64,000 nucleotides of DNA, from the IMG/VR virus record IMGVR_UViG_2061766007_000275; one strand, written 5' to 3'. The notes beneath the pieces are model-generated. The model was not told where the DNA came from, did no database searches, and saw only the letters and a list, made by a program, of their open reading frames with translations. Below are positions 17,793 through 28,209 of the stretch, piece by piece (within the stretch, counting starts at the first letter, position 1; the number at the start of each line of letters is the position of its first letter). Both the position numbers and the translations under genes were made by a program. Source of the DNA: an uncultured virus (IMG/VR IMGVR_UViG_2061766007_000275). Taxonomy: Duplodnaviria; Heunggongvirae; Uroviricota; Caudoviricetes.

Positions 17793-18290
17793 TCAGGTTC
17801 CGGATAATAGCGTTTCAATCTCCGCGTTTGTCATCCAATGGATATCTGATGTCTTCATATATCCGGATAAATCCATCTGAAAATCAAGCTTTACCCAGCT
17901 TCCGGGAGAACCTGACTTCCAAACATAAAAGTCGTAGGGGTCAGCCTGTACTCCCGTAGGAATTGCATAAATGATATTATCTTCACCGCTGACGGGAAGC
18001 TGACTATAGGACCAGTCAAAATGCAGATTGCTGATTCCTGCGATAGCTGTGTTTATAGCTGTCTGCACCTGTGTAGCGTTCTGGAATCCGCTATCATTCT
18101 GAAGGTCTGACGTCTTTGTCGGTATGCTCAATGTACCAAGTGCAGCCGTGATACTATCGGCTACGTTCTGAGCTGTCTGGTAAGTGCTGTCATTTATCAG
18201 GTCGCTTGTTTTTGCAGGCATTTCCCCTTTGATCTTGTTATAAATGTAAAGCACACCATTTTCATCAATCGTATTTGTTGTCATGATCAT
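17793..18290 (-). CDS. Tail-fibre accessory protein
   Basis: P.KTSDL.NDS repeats; LPVSGEDNIIY. Confidence 0.6.
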   Translation of the reverse strand: MIMTTNTIDENGVLYIYNKIKGEMPAKTSDLINDSTYQTAQNVADSITAALGTLSIPTKTSDLQNDSGFQNATQVQTAINTAIAGISNLHFDWSYSQLPVSGEDNIIYAIPTGVQADPYDFYVWKSGSPGSWVKLDFQMDLSGYMKTSDIHWMTNAEIETLLSGT

Positions 18291-18535
18291 CCTCCTAATA
18301 ATTCTTTAAGTTCGACATTTGTCATAAAATGGAGCCCGATATCTTCGAAGTTACTGTCACCGATAAGAGTGTGAGTATTTATTGAAGGCTGATTTTTGAG
18401 CCTGTTATAATCGCTTGTTCCTATCGGTCCATTTCCCTTTTCTACAGTTCCGGATACTTCTGATCCAGATGTTACGGTTCCGCCAATTACTCCCCTCGGA
18501 GAAAGCTCGGCACTCATAGTCGCATGATTAACCAT
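18287..18535 (-). CDS. Tail-fibre accessory protein
   Basis: DYNRLKNQPSIN..LIG. Confidence 0.55.
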   Translation of the reverse strand: MVNHATMSAELSPRGVIGGTVTSGSEVSGTVEKGNGPIGTSDYNRLKNQPSINTHTLIGDSNFEDIGLHFMTNVELKELLGG

Positions 18536-18875
18536 CGTGAACCTCCAATTCTACCCCGATAACAAAGTTTTTATCCGCTATAAATGTAAAATGCTCATCA
18601 TTTGCAGTAACCAGCTCCATTTCATATCTGTAGCTTGTAAATGTTAAGTCCTCAGTATCATCCGGATAAAGCGTTAGCGTAGCCGTGTTTTCAACCAGAT
18701 CAATATCCGCTTCCTTTTCTATGAGTATCTGTTCGCCTTTTAACCGAAAATAAACTTTATCTCCGTCCTCAAACTCATAAGCGGTTCCATCTCTGTTCTT
18801 CAGCCCCGTCACATCGATGTACGCTGTGTCCCCTCTGGTAAGCGTGATGTTCTGCCGGTTATCAATGTTTAGCAT
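18528..18875 (-). CDS. BppU-like baseplate/fibre adaptor
   Basis: ITLTRGDTA..Y.YEMEL; homologue at 44067. Confidence 0.6.
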   Translation of the reverse strand: MLNIDNRQNITLTRGDTAYIDVTGLKNRDGTAYEFEDGDKVYFRLKGEQILIEKEADIDLVENTATLTLYPDDTEDLTFTSYRYEMELVTANDEHFTFIADKNFVIGVELEVHDG

Positions 18876-18896
18876 CGGAATACCTCCTTTCCCGTG

Positions 18897-19586
18897 TTAG
18901 TTTGTTCTTTCTACCATTAAATGTCCGTTTGAAAGAGCAAAATTATAAAGATTTTCATATGCTGCGTTATAATATAAATGTCCGGACGGTGCATCGTAGT
19001 AAAATGTACCGATTCCAAGGGATTGTAGCAGATTGTTATAGATGTCGTCGGAATGCTGCGCGTTTGTCTCGGATCTCTCTGCATACCACTTTGAATTGTT
19101 CGCATGCTGTGGCTGTGATCCGTCTACTGGCACGCCGTTTCTGGTTCCAACGGCCCACGCTTCGGACGTTTCTGAATAATCCTGCAAGGTCTGCCAGATC
19201 TGACCGATTGTGTCAGAATAGCTGTTTGCGTGCTCGTTCAGTCCGTCCAATGTATCCGCAATACATTCATACATGAAGGAAGCCGTTGATATCCTCTGTG
19301 TAGTCGAGTTCTTAAGCTTCAGGTCACACACTCCAAATCCGGGAACATCCAGCTCCGTGCCTTTGAATGTGTAGGTGTATACATTTCCAACTACGCTCAC
19401 ATCTGTCGATTCTACCGCTCCGGCTGACTTCCTAAAAACAATCTGTGGAGTGGTTCCCGATATGTCAAAGTCAAGGACCTCAATCTCGACCTGGAAGCCA
19501 AAATCACCCTGTTTCCATACAAGCCCCGTCTTCACGATTGCCGCCTGGTTCATGCTGACTTGTACATGATATTTCTGGTTCATCAA
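18897..19586 (-). CDS. Upper baseplate (BppU-like) protein
   Basis: QGD N-domain; SEAWAVGTRNG..NNSKWY. Confidence 0.6.
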   Translation of the reverse strand: MMNQKYHVQVSMNQAAIVKTGLVWKQGDFGFQVEIEVLDFDISGTTPQIVFRKSAGAVESTDVSVVGNVYTYTFKGTELDVPGFGVCDLKLKNSTTQRISTASFMYECIADTLDGLNEHANSYSDTIGQIWQTLQDYSETSEAWAVGTRNGVPVDGSQPQHANNSKWYAERSETNAQHSDDIYNNLLQSLGIGTFYYDAPSGHLYYNAAYENLYNFALSNGHLMVERTN

Positions 19587-21184
19587 TTTTCTCCTTTCGC
19601 TTCTAATTTCTTTATTCTTGCCTCAAGGTTTTCAACCTTCTGCATAAGCTCCTGGATCATTTTTGTCTGCACGGCTATGATTTCCTGATAAGCTAAATAG
19701 TATTGTTTTGATTCCGGCTCTATTACCACTCCCACGTCTTCAGCGTTAAGTCCTGCCTCTTCTGCTGCATCTTCTACTTCCTGAGCTATAAAGCCGGTGT
19801 GCTTGCCCGGGGAATCTTTATATTCAAAGGATACCGGTCGAAGTGCTTTGAAGAACTCTTTATATCTTTCGTCGAGCGATTCTATATTTTTTTTCTTGTT
19901 CCTGTCCGATGATACCGCCGTCCCGTTCACATATATGTTCTGGCCATATATGTTCTTGAATTGCTTCGACGATGTTCCAAGTGAAAGCGCGTTAGTCGTG
20001 TCCGGAACGAGCTCATGCTGTGAGTTATAGGAAAGTGTTCTTGTTCCATCGCTCCATTCATCAAGGTACAAGCTCCTGAATTTTTTTGAAGAGCTCCCAA
20101 GGTCAAACTTGCCGGTCATAGACGGTTCAAGCTTTTCATACTGGGATGTCGCTCCAGGGTTCACTATGCTTAATGCTAAAGTATATGTGTTTGTCCCGTA
20201 CTTCGTTTTCAGCTCATCCGTTGATATACCGGATATATCAATCAGAGTTCCGTTAATATAAAATTCTTTTGCATATACCTTGTTGAACTGCTTTGATGAG
20301 CTACCAAGGTTCACGGCATTGGTGTTGTTCGGCAGATAGTCCGTTCCGCTGCTCCATGCCATGTTGTTGGGTGAGCTGCTTTGGTATTTGCTTATTGCTC
20401 CAACTATTGCGCTTGCAAATATCTCCGCGAATGTATGGGATGATTCTCCCAGATCTACGGCGTTATTCGTATCCGGAACTATTGCATCCGAACTGTTCCA
20501 TGATATCTGCCTTTCTGTATTGTTCCCGCTCTTCCACTTGCCCCTGAAAAGACCGAGCCATGCTTCTTTTAACTGGTATGTTTTGGATCCTAATATCCAC
20601 TTATCATTTGCCGAAGGAAGAAGTGACGGCGTGCCGGAAGATACCGATGCCTGAAGTTTATATGTTGTCCCCCCACTTGACACCTCTATCCTGTCCGTGC
20701 TTATTTCCGTGTATTCCGTTCCATTCAGGAAAAGCTTTTTTACATATATTTCTTTGAAATACTTCGCGGAACTGCCCAGACTGTCTTTGTTGTCCGTCGT
20801 TGGCAGCAGTACATAACCCGAAAATGTCAGGGATTCGGAAGTATGCTCTGAATCTTCTAACTTTTTTTTGTACTCTATCGGCAACAATCCCGCTGCTAAT
20901 GTGTCCGCATAATCCTTTGTGGCATACTCGACCGCCGCTGAATCCATCACTTTCCCAATGATGATATAAGTGTTTCCCTGTGGCAGCATTGCCACTTTGT
21001 CCCCGACTGTGGGAAAATATCCATCAATATATGTATATTGTTTTGAAGAAGCGGCACTCTCTCCATAGTGCTGCACGTATGCCCGTCCGTTTGTTACTGA
21101 CGTAACCGTTCCGAGCTTAACGACGGCCGTGTCTGCCTTGCCCTTTATTGCCGCTGCCTGCTCGATTGCTGTATCGAACATCAT
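19583..21184 (-). CDS. Tail spike/fibre with C-terminal intramolecular chaperone (S74-like)
   Basis: P...N...LGSSS..F repeats; SDRNKKKNI, GFIAQEVE, terminal coiled coil. Confidence 0.8.
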   Translation of the reverse strand: MMFDTAIEQAAAIKGKADTAVVKLGTVTSVTNGRAYVQHYGESAASSKQYTYIDGYFPTVGDKVAMLPQGNTYIIIGKVMDSAAVEYATKDYADTLAAGLLPIEYKKKLEDSEHTSESLTFSGYVLLPTTDNKDSLGSSAKYFKEIYVKKLFLNGTEYTEISTDRIEVSSGGTTYKLQASVSSGTPSLLPSANDKWILGSKTYQLKEAWLGLFRGKWKSGNNTERQISWNSSDAIVPDTNNAVDLGESSHTFAEIFASAIVGAISKYQSSSPNNMAWSSGTDYLPNNTNAVNLGSSSKQFNKVYAKEFYINGTLIDISGISTDELKTKYGTNTYTLALSIVNPGATSQYEKLEPSMTGKFDLGSSSKKFRSLYLDEWSDGTRTLSYNSQHELVPDTTNALSLGTSSKQFKNIYGQNIYVNGTAVSSDRNKKKNIESLDERYKEFFKALRPVSFEYKDSPGKHTGFIAQEVEDAAEEAGLNAEDVGVVIEPESKQYYLAYQEIIAVQTKMIQELMQKVENLEARIKKLEAKGEN

Positions 21185-22275
21185 AAGCTCACCGCCTTCC
21201 TGCATAAGTGCTTCATTTTTCCGCCTGTCTTCAGTTCCATCTCCCAGGCTGTTTCAATGTATTTCCCGGATACATCCAACTCCGAATTATCTACGTAAAG
21301 GCAGTCGCAGTATTCATGATTTGGGATGGTCATCGTCTCAAAAGTGATTTTCTGATATATTTTATGTTCCGCCAGCAGTCTTGCCACCATGGCGTCAAGT
21401 TCGCTCTGGTTGGCTACATCCGAGACGGCTGCTATATCCACAATCGTCCGCCCTCTGCTTACTGTTGAGAGCTTGCTGTTTGGATCGTCGTTCACTGCGC
21501 TGGCGATTATATACTCCCTCTCTGCATTCTCCAGATATCGTATGATCTTATTCGGAGAAAAAAAGATATCAAGCTCTTCTTTTGCTCCTGGGCTGACTAT
21601 TGAAGCCTTATCCGTCGCATAAAATGCATCTATCGCACGCGCTGCAGGATCCTGATACGGTCTCGATCGGATATACCCGAAACTGTCAGCATATAAAGGC
21701 GAATAGTTGATAGCTTCAAGAAGCGCATTGCAGGCTTTCAGCTTGCTGGTACCAAGCGGGAACTCTATCGCGTTCGCTGTCTCCAGCGCTGACGGTGTAA
21801 TGTCTGTCTGAGTAATCCCTGCCGATGCTACAATGTTCGCCACCGCTGCAGTGTATGCCGTATTTTTGGCCACCGTATATCTGGAATCGAATCTATCATC
21901 TTCCAGTATCTGGGTTTTATCGTAACAGTCAACGCTACGGTTTATCACTCCGCCCACAGCGCGCCTTGACGGGCTCGACATGAGGAATATGCCCAGCGGA
22001 TAAACCAAAGCCCCTGTTTGGGTCTTCAGGCGCATGTACGGGCGAAGCCTGTCCGATGCATAGTCAATATCTTTATCTTCGATTATCGTGAGCGAAGCCG
22101 ATCTCTGGATTGATGCCTCGGAATTGTTATAAATCTTGCAATCCGGGGAATGTATCTCCCCGATTGCCCTGTCATTTTTATCCAGGATATCAAATCCGAA
22201 GGATACCGTCCGGGACTGTGTCAACAATCCCCGGACTTCGTCCGATGTATATCCGTCTTGCGCCAGACTATACAT
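21181..22275 (-). CDS. Baseplate hub/Tal-like protein
   Basis: Position after Dit; PLGIFLMSSP, YDKTQIL, STVSRGRTI. Confidence 0.65.
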   Translation of the reverse strand: MYSLAQDGYTSDEVRGLLTQSRTVSFGFDILDKNDRAIGEIHSPDCKIYNNSEASIQRSASLTIIEDKDIDYASDRLRPYMRLKTQTGALVYPLGIFLMSSPSRRAVGGVINRSVDCYDKTQILEDDRFDSRYTVAKNTAYTAAVANIVASAGITQTDITPSALETANAIEFPLGTSKLKACNALLEAINYSPLYADSFGYIRSRPYQDPAARAIDAFYATDKASIVSPGAKEELDIFFSPNKIIRYLENAEREYIIASAVNDDPNSKLSTVSRGRTIVDIAAVSDVANQSELDAMVARLLAEHKIYQKITFETMTIPNHEYCDCLYVDNSELDVSGKYIETAWEMELKTGGKMKHLCRKAVSL

Positions 22276-24019
22276 TCACGATCACCTCCTGTTCGGCAAT
22301 CCTTAAAAACTGTATATCTGCTATATAGCCATCGTTCATCCAGCGGCTGTAATTAATCGGCGGATTGATGGCCACCGGGAACGCGCGCCCTGAATAATCC
22401 CTATAAAAGATCTTGTTTTTTTTGGCCATTTTAGCGAGCTTTTCATCGTCTCCCTCTTTAATGTACAGCTTTGATTTAAAGGCCCGCATTTCGGTCTCAC
22501 CGTGCTCCACGAGCGGTAATTCACGGCCTACGCAGTTAAAGATTGCCATATCACCTGATATGTCCGCAGTATATGGCAGGTATTTATCCTCAGATCTGTC
22601 GATTATAAGCTCGGCATCATCGGTATCCAAAACGACGGCCGTTTTTTGATAACAGATTCTTTCCGGATCCGAATCCGTATAACCTCCCGTCGAGTATGCT
22701 CGAATAACATAGCGGTAAGGTATCCCGAATCCAAAAGTTACATCTGTAAATCTTTCCCCTGCTGTGATTGCCCCCAGAATCTTTTCCTCTGCGTCCGGAA
22801 CGTCTTCTTTTCGGATCACTGCATATGATAAATTGCCCGGATTCTCAATGGTAATAAATATTTTTGTGTCATCTTGCAGCAATCTGATTGACGGCTTTGC
22901 CGGTCCTGCTGCCGTAATACTGAAAACCTTATAACTCCAATCAGAACTCCGTCCTGTTGAGTTCCTTGTTCTTATGCCGACCGTATATGTGCCTTTCAGG
23001 AACAGATTCGGTTTGTAGCTGGATACCGAAGAAGCCACGGTTTCGTTTATCAGCTCTTTTCCGTTTGCATCCGTTAGCGTAATATCGAAGCTGTTCTGGT
23101 CTGTGGTGTTCCAGGTGATTTCTGTAAGCGTTTTATCCTCCGGCGTATTGATTACCGGCACCGCAGGTTTTCCGATCACATTAAATTCGGCAACTTCAGA
23201 ATATCCGGAAGTCTCGCCCGCGTCGTTTGTGCCTTTAATCCTCCACTGATATGTTCCCTGAGGCAATCCGCCTGCCAGCATGTATGTATGCGTGCTCTGG
23301 GTAAGACTTACTGTGGTATAGTTTTCTGCTGTTTTCAGTTTATATTCTAATTGTACAGCCGTCTGAACTGCTGCTGTTGCACTGTTCCATGCCCAGGAGA
23401 AAAGAATATCTGTGTTTTCGTTTAAATATGTGCCGTTCGGATATGTCGGAGTTGGAGGATCCTGCGCGACGTCTTCATATTCCAGCGTCAATGATGGCGG
23501 ATACAGTGACCCGGTTCCTCCGATGCTTGCCGATTCATTTGCAGAGACTCCCAGCCCAGGCACTACATTTAGTAAAACGGTAAAATACGTATTATTGTAA
23601 ATATTCCCGTTGAATATATCCAAGATTTCGATGCTTCGCCATCTTGGGAATGTCGGATCAGTCACCGATAATGAGTAATGTTCATATATCTTGCGGTCTC
23701 CGACTGTCCCAAACGACTCTAATGTTTCTTGCGTTAATGACTGCAGCGTGTCCCCGGTAAGATATGGCGCGGCTTTTATTCCGTATCCGGAATAAATGCT
23801 CCAATCGCTCGCCGTATAAAATGCAAGCGTTGCTTTTGTGAATCTCTTATATTTTATTGTATTTGGAATCGTAAACTGTAATACTGCGGTCTTTTCGTAT
23901 GGATATGAGGCATTGTTTTCATAAAATGTTGACTTTAAGGCATCCTCTCCATAGTGGATAGTGCTGTTATTTTTCCCAACCCAAGTTCCTCCGGATGCTG
24001 ATAGAACTGTTGTCCCCAT
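22268..24019 (-). CDS. Distal tail protein with FN3/Ig-like domains
   Basis: Follows TMP; YQWRIK, GRELP, YRDYSGR. Confidence 0.65.
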   Translation of the reverse strand: MGTTVLSASGGTWVGKNNSTIHYGEDALKSTFYENNASYPYEKTAVLQFTIPNTIKYKRFTKATLAFYTASDWSIYSGYGIKAAPYLTGDTLQSLTQETLESFGTVGDRKIYEHYSLSVTDPTFPRWRSIEILDIFNGNIYNNTYFTVLLNVVPGLGVSANESASIGGTGSLYPPSLTLEYEDVAQDPPTPTYPNGTYLNENTDILFSWAWNSATAAVQTAVQLEYKLKTAENYTTVSLTQSTHTYMLAGGLPQGTYQWRIKGTNDAGETSGYSEVAEFNVIGKPAVPVINTPEDKTLTEITWNTTDQNSFDITLTDANGKELINETVASSVSSYKPNLFLKGTYTVGIRTRNSTGRSSDWSYKVFSITAAGPAKPSIRLLQDDTKIFITIENPGNLSYAVIRKEDVPDAEEKILGAITAGERFTDVTFGFGIPYRYVIRAYSTGGYTDSDPERICYQKTAVVLDTDDAELIIDRSEDKYLPYTADISGDMAIFNCVGRELPLVEHGETEMRAFKSKLYIKEGDDEKLAKMAKKNKIFYRDYSGRAFPVAINPPINYSRWMNDGYIADIQFLRIAEQEVIVNV

Positions 24020-24023
24020 TTAT

Positions 24024-25604
24024 TTATAACCTCCTTAGTGCCATCTTTTGCTGTTGTGCCAAAGCCACAACGTCGTTAAAATCCTTCACGTTCTTTGCGT
24101 CTATAGTCATATAGTAGTTGTTTATAACTGTTCCTGTGGCTTCGCTTCCGGGTGTGATCCTGCTGCCTCTTGGAAGCTCTACAAGCTCAGGCCCTTCTTC
24201 ACCTACCCATGTCCGGCCGCCCTGCCAATAATCCGTTCCGGATGCGTTTCGGCCGGCTACGTTCACGCGCCCCGAGTATGAACCCATCGAGTTTGTAATG
24301 TCCGCCGTGGTCTTCTTTAAAGCCGCTGTGGTTCTGTTTGTTGTTTTTTCTACTTGTTCAGATTGCCCGATTATTAAGGCAATCAATGCCACTACCAGTG
24401 CAATGGCTGCGGCTATCGCTAATACGATCAGGACCGTTTTTGTAGATATAGTGTTAAAGGTCGCCTGTGCCGTGCTCTGCAGCGCCGTCATTGCTGCCAT
24501 TACCTTCATCGCCGATGCTACTTTCACAAAGGCCGCCGCTAAACTGATGATTACTCCCACTATAGCCAGCGCCGTGGGATTCATTTTTGCCAGAAGGTTT
24601 ACAACCTTTTCAAGTAGCGGAGCAAATGCCGCAGCAAGGGTATTCTTTGCCGCATTCCATACGGAGTTCAGCCTGTCCATAGAATCCCTAAGCCTTCCGG
24701 CTGCGGCGACTGTATCTTCGCTCATAACGACGCTGGTGTCTATGGCTTCTTGTTTATACTTTTCGAGCTCTGCGGATCCTGCTTTGATGAGCGGGTTCAG
24801 TTCCTTGGCTGACCGTCCGAATATCTCCATCGCCAGAGCATCTCTTTCTGTCTCGTTGCTTACCTTCCTCAGTTTGTCGATAGCCTCATCAAACACTGCG
24901 TTTGCATCCCTCAGCTGTCCCCGGCTGTCTGTTACCCTGATCCCCAACTTTTTGAATGCGTCCGCCGAATCCCCTGATCCTTTTCTTGCGTTGTTCATGC
25001 TCCGTTCGAGCCGTGTTATGGATCCGGATATCGTCTCAAAAGATACATCGAGGAAATTCGCAGCATATTGTAACTGCTGGATCTCCGTCGTTGTCATACC
25101 TGTCTGGGCTGATAAAGTCAAGAGATCATCTCCTGTCTGGGCGAAGCTGGTAGAAAGGTCTTTCATTTTATTGTAAAGCTCGCCAATTACTTCTTTCGCT
25201 TTGCTCATTACGTCGCCCAGGTTCTTTGTCGATGTGCTTACTTTGTCCGTGTCGCCCTGTGTCTGCTTCAGCTGTCCGTTTAAGCTCTCGAGGGATGCTG
25301 TCTCGGTTATAAGTCTTTTATTCAGGGCATCAATTTCCTTCTGGCTCGCTGTCTCGGATGCTATCGCATCATCATAAGCCTTTTTCGCATCTTCGACCTT
25401 CTGATTCTGCAGGGCTATCTTTTGCGTAAGATAATCCACTTTGACGCCGGTCTGATCGGTCTCGGTCCCGTAGTTTTTAGCTTGCTGTGAGGCAAGTTTA
25501 AATTCGGCGTCAAGTAGCCCCATTTTTCTGTTTATTTCCGTGATACCACCGGAAAACTGGCTATAATCCAGCCCGAGGTATATCGTTCTTTTATTACTTG
25601 CCAT
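24024..25604 (-). CDS. Tape measure protein
   Basis: Helical Ala-rich, TM segments, ASGT..WVGEEGPELV. Confidence 0.85.
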   Translation of the reverse strand: MASNKRTIYLGLDYSQFSGGITEINRKMGLLDAEFKLASQQAKNYGTETDQTGVKVDYLTQKIALQNQKVEDAKKAYDDAIASETASQKEIDALNKRLITETASLESLNGQLKQTQGDTDKVSTSTKNLGDVMSKAKEVIGELYNKMKDLSTSFAQTGDDLLTLSAQTGMTTTEIQQLQYAANFLDVSFETISGSITRLERSMNNARKGSGDSADAFKKLGIRVTDSRGQLRDANAVFDEAIDKLRKVSNETERDALAMEIFGRSAKELNPLIKAGSAELEKYKQEAIDTSVVMSEDTVAAAGRLRDSMDRLNSVWNAAKNTLAAAFAPLLEKVVNLLAKMNPTALAIVGVIISLAAAFVKVASAMKVMAAMTALQSTAQATFNTISTKTVLIVLAIAAAIALVVALIALIIGQSEQVEKTTNRTTAALKKTTADITNSMGSYSGRVNVAGRNASGTDYWQGGRTWVGEEGPELVELPRGSRITPGSEATGTVINNYYMTIDAKNVKDFNDVVALAQQQKMALRRL

Positions 25605-26174
25605 ATGCTGCTAAAACTCCTTTCAGGCTTTGCACAGTTCTTGGCGGTTCCGGTATCGGCTTTCCGGACATCGCCGCCGCCCTGATTTTTTCATCTTCTG
25701 CCCATTTCTCTACCATATAAACTACCCTTGGAAGCGTTGAAGTGAAAAATCCTTCTTCACTCATCCCGAGCTTTACTGTATATAGATAAAAAAGCAGGTC
25801 AAAGTCAATCTCTACTTTTTGTTTGCCAGGAACTGTGCCATCAGTTTTTTTGCGACTTCGTCGTTTCCTCCTTTGGCTCCTACAGATTCCTGAAATACTT
25901 CTATTAACTCAACGATATTATCTATCGACATATTCGATATCATCTCCCGGGCTTTCAGTTCGTCCAACCCGTCATTTAAATCTTTTCCTGATGCATAAAT
26001 AATAGCTGCAGCCATCTCTGTGAAGGACTTTTTCAGGAAGCCCTCCATCCCGCCTTCGAGTTCCTGGATGTTTGATAAACATCTTATATCGAAACGGAGG
26101 AGAATCACTTCTCCCCCGTCGAACTTTAACTCTATTTCGGGGGCGGCTTTACAAGTCATTATCCTTTTCGCCAT
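25594..26174 (-). CDS. Tail assembly chaperone G (25812-26174) and -1 frameshift product GT
   Basis: Slippery A AAA AAA at 25851-25845; -1 frame open to TAA at 25594. Confidence 0.8.
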
Positions 26175-26192
26175 GTTGCCTCCTTTTTTTCC

Positions 26193-26753
26193 TTAGATGT
26201 CAGGACTTGCTGCAAATGCTGTCTGATTTGCCGTTGTGAAGCCTGCGTCGTCTGTATCTGCTATGACTATCAGCTCTTTGTCTTTGTTACGTCTTACAAA
26301 GTTGATGTTGACGGATTCGGTCGAGTAGTTGATGCTCGATTCCTGCTGCTGGCTGGTTACGTTAATTGGCTCAGCCTGGCCTACAAGAAGCCATATGGCC
26401 TCATATCCGCCGTCATCGTGTTCCATCTCGAAGTATATAGCTACTTTCGGGGATGTATCCGTGGTCTTTACCGGAAGCGTTCCCTTGTTTGTCTTTGTGG
26501 CTCCCATGAAAGCCGCTTTGTCGTCAAGCGTAAGCTTATCAATGTCAAGCTTAAGGGTTGCCCCTGTGAGCTTTGTCTTGTGGGATACGAGCTCACCGTC
26601 TCCGTAAAGCTCACCCGATGCGCTCTTGAAGCTTATCTCCGCGCTACGCATTGCAGGCATTGCCACGGGTGTTCCGATTGTGTAAGAAGAGCTGGTGTCA
26701 GCTGTTACAGCTGCACGCTTGCAGTTTCTTACGTTGATTCTATATCCAGGCAT
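26193..26753 (-). CDS. Major tail protein
   Basis: ELYGDG, VAIYFE, follows neck genes. Confidence 0.8.
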   Translation of the reverse strand: MPGYRINVRNCKRAAVTADTSSSYTIGTPVAMPAMRSAEISFKSASGELYGDGELVSHKTKLTGATLKLDIDKLTLDDKAAFMGATKTNKGTLPVKTTDTSPKVAIYFEMEHDDGGYEAIWLLVGQAEPINVTSQQQESSINYSTESVNINFVRRNKDKELIVIADTDDAGFTTANQTAFAASPDI

Positions 26754-26775
26754 TTTCTTTTTCTCCTTTCAAAGA

Positions 26776-27162
26776 TTATGGTTCCGGATCTGGCTCAGGT
26801 TCGGGCTCGGGTTCCGGTTCCGGCTCTTCATATTCGGGTAATGCTGTAAAGTGGAATACCGCACGGAATTTCTTCGCCGTTGTATCGTAATAGCTTTCGA
26901 TATCCGGTGCCGTTATCCCGTTTATCTGGTCGAGTGCGGACATGAGTTCCGCAAGGGCTGAATCCCTCGACTCCTTATCCTCATACCAGAGATTTATAAA
27001 TACATCGTATGCACGTCTTACGCTTTTACCGTCTCCAAAGAGTGCCGGGTTTTGTATTTGTATCTCTAAGGTTGCCGCAGGATAGATAATAGATTCCTGA
27101 CCTAAAAAAACGGGAATGTTAAGCGTATCCTCTACGATGCTTTGTAATGCTGCCTCTGTCAT
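26776..27162 (-). CDS. Tail terminator/completion protein with EP repeat tail
   Basis: Synteny; EPEPEP C-terminus. Confidence 0.6.
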   Translation of the reverse strand: MTEAALQSIVEDTLNIPVFLGQESIIYPAATLEIQIQNPALFGDGKSVRRAYDVFINLWYEDKESRDSALAELMSALDQINGITAPDIESYYDTTAKKFRAVFHFTALPEYEEPEPEPEPEPEPDPEP

Positions 27163-27578
27163 GCGTTAACCCTCCCCATCAGATCATCAACTATCTTTTC
27201 TATTTCAGGCGCTGCTGCTTCCATGGCTTTTGATGTGAAATGTGTCGCCCTGGTGTGCACGCTTCCGTCCGGGTTCCGCGTCCCGTCGTCCAGCATGTGC
27301 CATTTGTAGGCTGTCAGCTTTCCGCCGTGGACCGTTACTCCTGTCACGCCTGTCTTTTTCTTTTTGCCGTTAACAGTTACCTTGATATCGTCCCGCATAT
27401 GCTTGTATCCGGCTCCGTACTCATCCGATTTCGGCAGTACGTTCTTAAGATTTTTCTTTATGGCTTTCCCGATATTGTTAAGGGCGTCCTGTTGGTCTGC
27501 TTCCAGAATTTTCTCTGATTTCAATACGTCGGATATGATGCCCTGCAGGGCGTTTGTGTAATCAAGGTCTACTGTCAT
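27159..27578 (-). CDS. HK97 gp10-like neck protein
   Basis: HMRDDI, WHMLDDGT, HF. Confidence 0.7.
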   Translation of the reverse strand: MTVDLDYTNALQGIISDVLKSEKILEADQQDALNNIGKAIKKNLKNVLPKSDEYGAGYKHMRDDIKVTVNGKKKKTGVTGVTVHGGKLTAYKWHMLDDGTRNPDGSVHTRATHFTSKAMEAAAPEIEKIVDDLMGRVNA

Positions 27579-27883
27579 AAGCTCACCGTCACTTCTATGA
27601 TCCCGCCGACTTTTTCATATGTCCGTATGATGTTGAATTTCTCCCCATCAAATACGAGCTCTGTCGGCCTTATCTTTTTGTCCCCTGATACCTTAACGGC
27701 TGCGTTATATTCGTCGATATCAATCTCGAACGTATATGCCGGATTGATACCGACTTCTACGGCTGCATAAAACTCTTTATAACTTACGCTTTTTTTCGTA
27801 CACCAGACGGATGTCTCGATCCTGTCCAGTGCTGAGCCGGTCGCCATTAAGGTAATGAGTGTAGCTTCGTCATTATGTACCAT
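27575..27883 (-). CDS. Head closure protein
   Basis: SVSYKEFYAA..G..P, FNIIRTY. Confidence 0.7.
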   Translation of the reverse strand: MVHNDEATLITLMATGSALDRIETSVWCTKKSVSYKEFYAAVEVGINPAYTFEIDIDEYNAAVKVSGDKKIRPTELVFDGEKFNIIRTYEKVGGIIEVTVSL

Positions 27884-28160
27884 TCGGCACCTCCCATGTA
27901 TGTTTACGCAGGTTGTCGAGCTGGTAAGAAAAAGATTTGTCTGCAGCTTCCCTTATCCGCTCATCCGTCGAGATTGTCTTAAGACATCCCTGAATTATGC
28001 AGTCCGTAATGAGCGGATTGTCTTCGGATATCGCTATATCATGCGGCACTCCCGCTCTTTCCATCTCTGATCTTGCCCAGGCTATAAGCCTCGTGATCTC
28101 CGTATCAAGTGAATAACTCTTGATTCTTGCGGCCAGCTTGACCGTTTCTAATATAGCCAT
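27873..28160 (-). CDS. Head-tail connector (gp6-like)
   Basis: LETVKLAARI..DTEI..LI..AGV. Confidence 0.7.
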   Translation of the reverse strand: MAILETVKLAARIKSYSLDTEITRLIAWARSEMERAGVPHDIAISEDNPLITDCIIQGCLKTISTDERIREAADKSFSYQLDNLRKHTWEVPNGT

Positions 28161-28209
28161 ATTATCCTCCATAATTCCGGGAGCCAAAGCCCCCGGAAAA
28201 ATTTATTTA

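Noticed and set aside
24298..25176. Long plus-strand ORFs opposite structural genes
   Set aside because: Antisense shadows of real genes, without RBS or motifs
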